NCBI GenBank assembly: GCA_030754595.1
Contig: JASLZZ010000119.1
Span: forward strand, 1 to 36,828
DNA from: Nitrospinota bacterium
Lineage (GTDB): Bacteria > UBA8248
Length of the DNA stretch: 36,828 bases
Direction of reading: 5' to 3'
The notes below the pieces were generated by a model. That model was not told the origin of the DNA and did not search any database. It saw nothing but the letters and a program-made list of their open reading frames with translations. Shown one piece after another: positions 35,933-36,828 of the stretch (within the stretch, counting starts at the first letter, position 1; each line of letters opens with the position of its first letter). A program made the position numbers and the translations under genes.

Positions 35933-36213
35933 CGAAACCCCTTATTTACAATAAGGACGATATTATGAGTGCGTTTTCCAAGCAGCGCTCTCGTTACGGC
36001 GGATGTGCTGTGAACGATGGATAAAATGTCGGCGGGTTCGGCAGCGGCCAATTTGAGCACTTCAAGAATCGCGTCGCGGAATGTTTGAGAAGGATCCGAG
36101 TGATTGGATTCGATCTGCGCCATATAAAGGGCGCCATCTTCGGTACGGAGAGCGGCGGCGCGGGTGAACGAGCCGCCCGCATCTATACCAATACGAAGTG
36201 AGCCGTTACTCAC
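35905..36213 (-). pseudogene. Hydantoinase A/oxoprolinase N-terminal fragment
   Basis: RIGIDAGGSFT, IVHSTSAVTRALL, NKGFRHILETGRQ are degenerate versions of IGIDxGGTFTD, HGTTVATNALL, TxGFRDxLEIGRQ. Similarity stops after ~102 aa. Confidence 0.8.
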
Positions 36214-36326
36214 CGTTCCCCCTTCCGTTTTCGCGCAACGCCATATTCATCAAATCGGTCATCCTGAAGGATGGTAACATTTTTCATTTGAATAATTAAT
36301 TTTCGAAACTATTCTCGAACGCCCAG

Positions 36327-36828
36327 CTAGGGCGCTTTTCCGTAACCGCCCCCGCCGGGAGTGAGCAATTCCAAAAAATCACCCGGGGCGAGGATGGTTG
36401 ATTTTTTCGGATTAATTGCATTTCCATTGATCGACATTCGGCCACAGGCTCCTGGGCCTCCTCCAAACATACCCGGCGCCGGATTTTTCGTTCTCTCGGC
36501 CATAAACGACACGGCGACGCCGCCCGCCGAATCATTTTGCATGAGGACCCGTTGCCCGTGCCCTCCGGATTTCCTCCCTTCACCGCCCGAACCGGCCACG
36601 ATGCTTTTTTCAAGAAAAGTAAAGGGCGATATTCGCTCGAGAATTTCGACCGGCGTGTGGGATACATTGCTCGGAAAGCTCAGGCACGAATGACCGTCTT
36701 CCCGCTCGGTCGCTCCCGTTCCTCCATTGTGGAAAAAAAGACCCGCCGTTCGATTTCCATGTTTGTCGAGCCCGCTGTAGTTGACACACCACATGGGAGA
36801 ACCGCTCGGCGCCGCCACTCGCCCGGGA
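36327..36828 (-). CDS. Hydantoinase B/oxoprolinase subunit, C-terminal part (5' end outside window)
   Basis: GGTGA, SFPSNVSHTPVEILE, SGGEGRKSGG, GMFGGGPG, TPGGGGYG. Confidence 0.9.
   Translation of the reverse strand, partial: PGRVAAPSGSPMWCVNYSGLDKHGNRTAGLFFHNGGTGATEREDGHSCLSFPSNVSHTPVEILERISPFTFLEKSIVAGSGGEGRKSGGHGQRVLMQNDSAGGVAVSFMAERTKNPAPGMFGGGPGACGRMSINGNAINPKKSTILAPGDFLELLTPGGGGYGKAP

Overview
Bacterial chromosomal window, mostly GC-rich and gene-dense, with no rRNA, tRNA or CRISPR array visible. It opens with the 3' end of an IS5-family transposase and a matching ~107-bp MITE lying between a decayed ECF sigma and anti-sigma gene. Next come ridA-like, mobA, moeA, a thioesterase and an L-lactate permease pseudogene. 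A lower-GC PgtC/Fe3+-type ABC importer and a tripartite tricarboxylate transporter (tctCBA) follow. On the minus strand are a GntR regulator, an oxalate-oxidoreductase-like delta-alpha-beta operon and an FGE/SUMF1-family gene. The right half carries an MFS transporter, glnE, an amidohydrolase, a deacetylase, an LVIVD protein module, a ygfZ-like gene, pckA, a tautomerase, a nitrilase and hydantoinase/oxoprolinase pieces. The standout signal is the FGE-family gene at 15390-16292. Its conserved C-terminal GFRC cysteine is encoded by TGA and followed by a bacterial SECIS-like hairpin, so it is a candidate selenoprotein. It also has an SH3-like domain inserted into the FGE fold. All calls rest on motif recognition by eye; no database searches were run.
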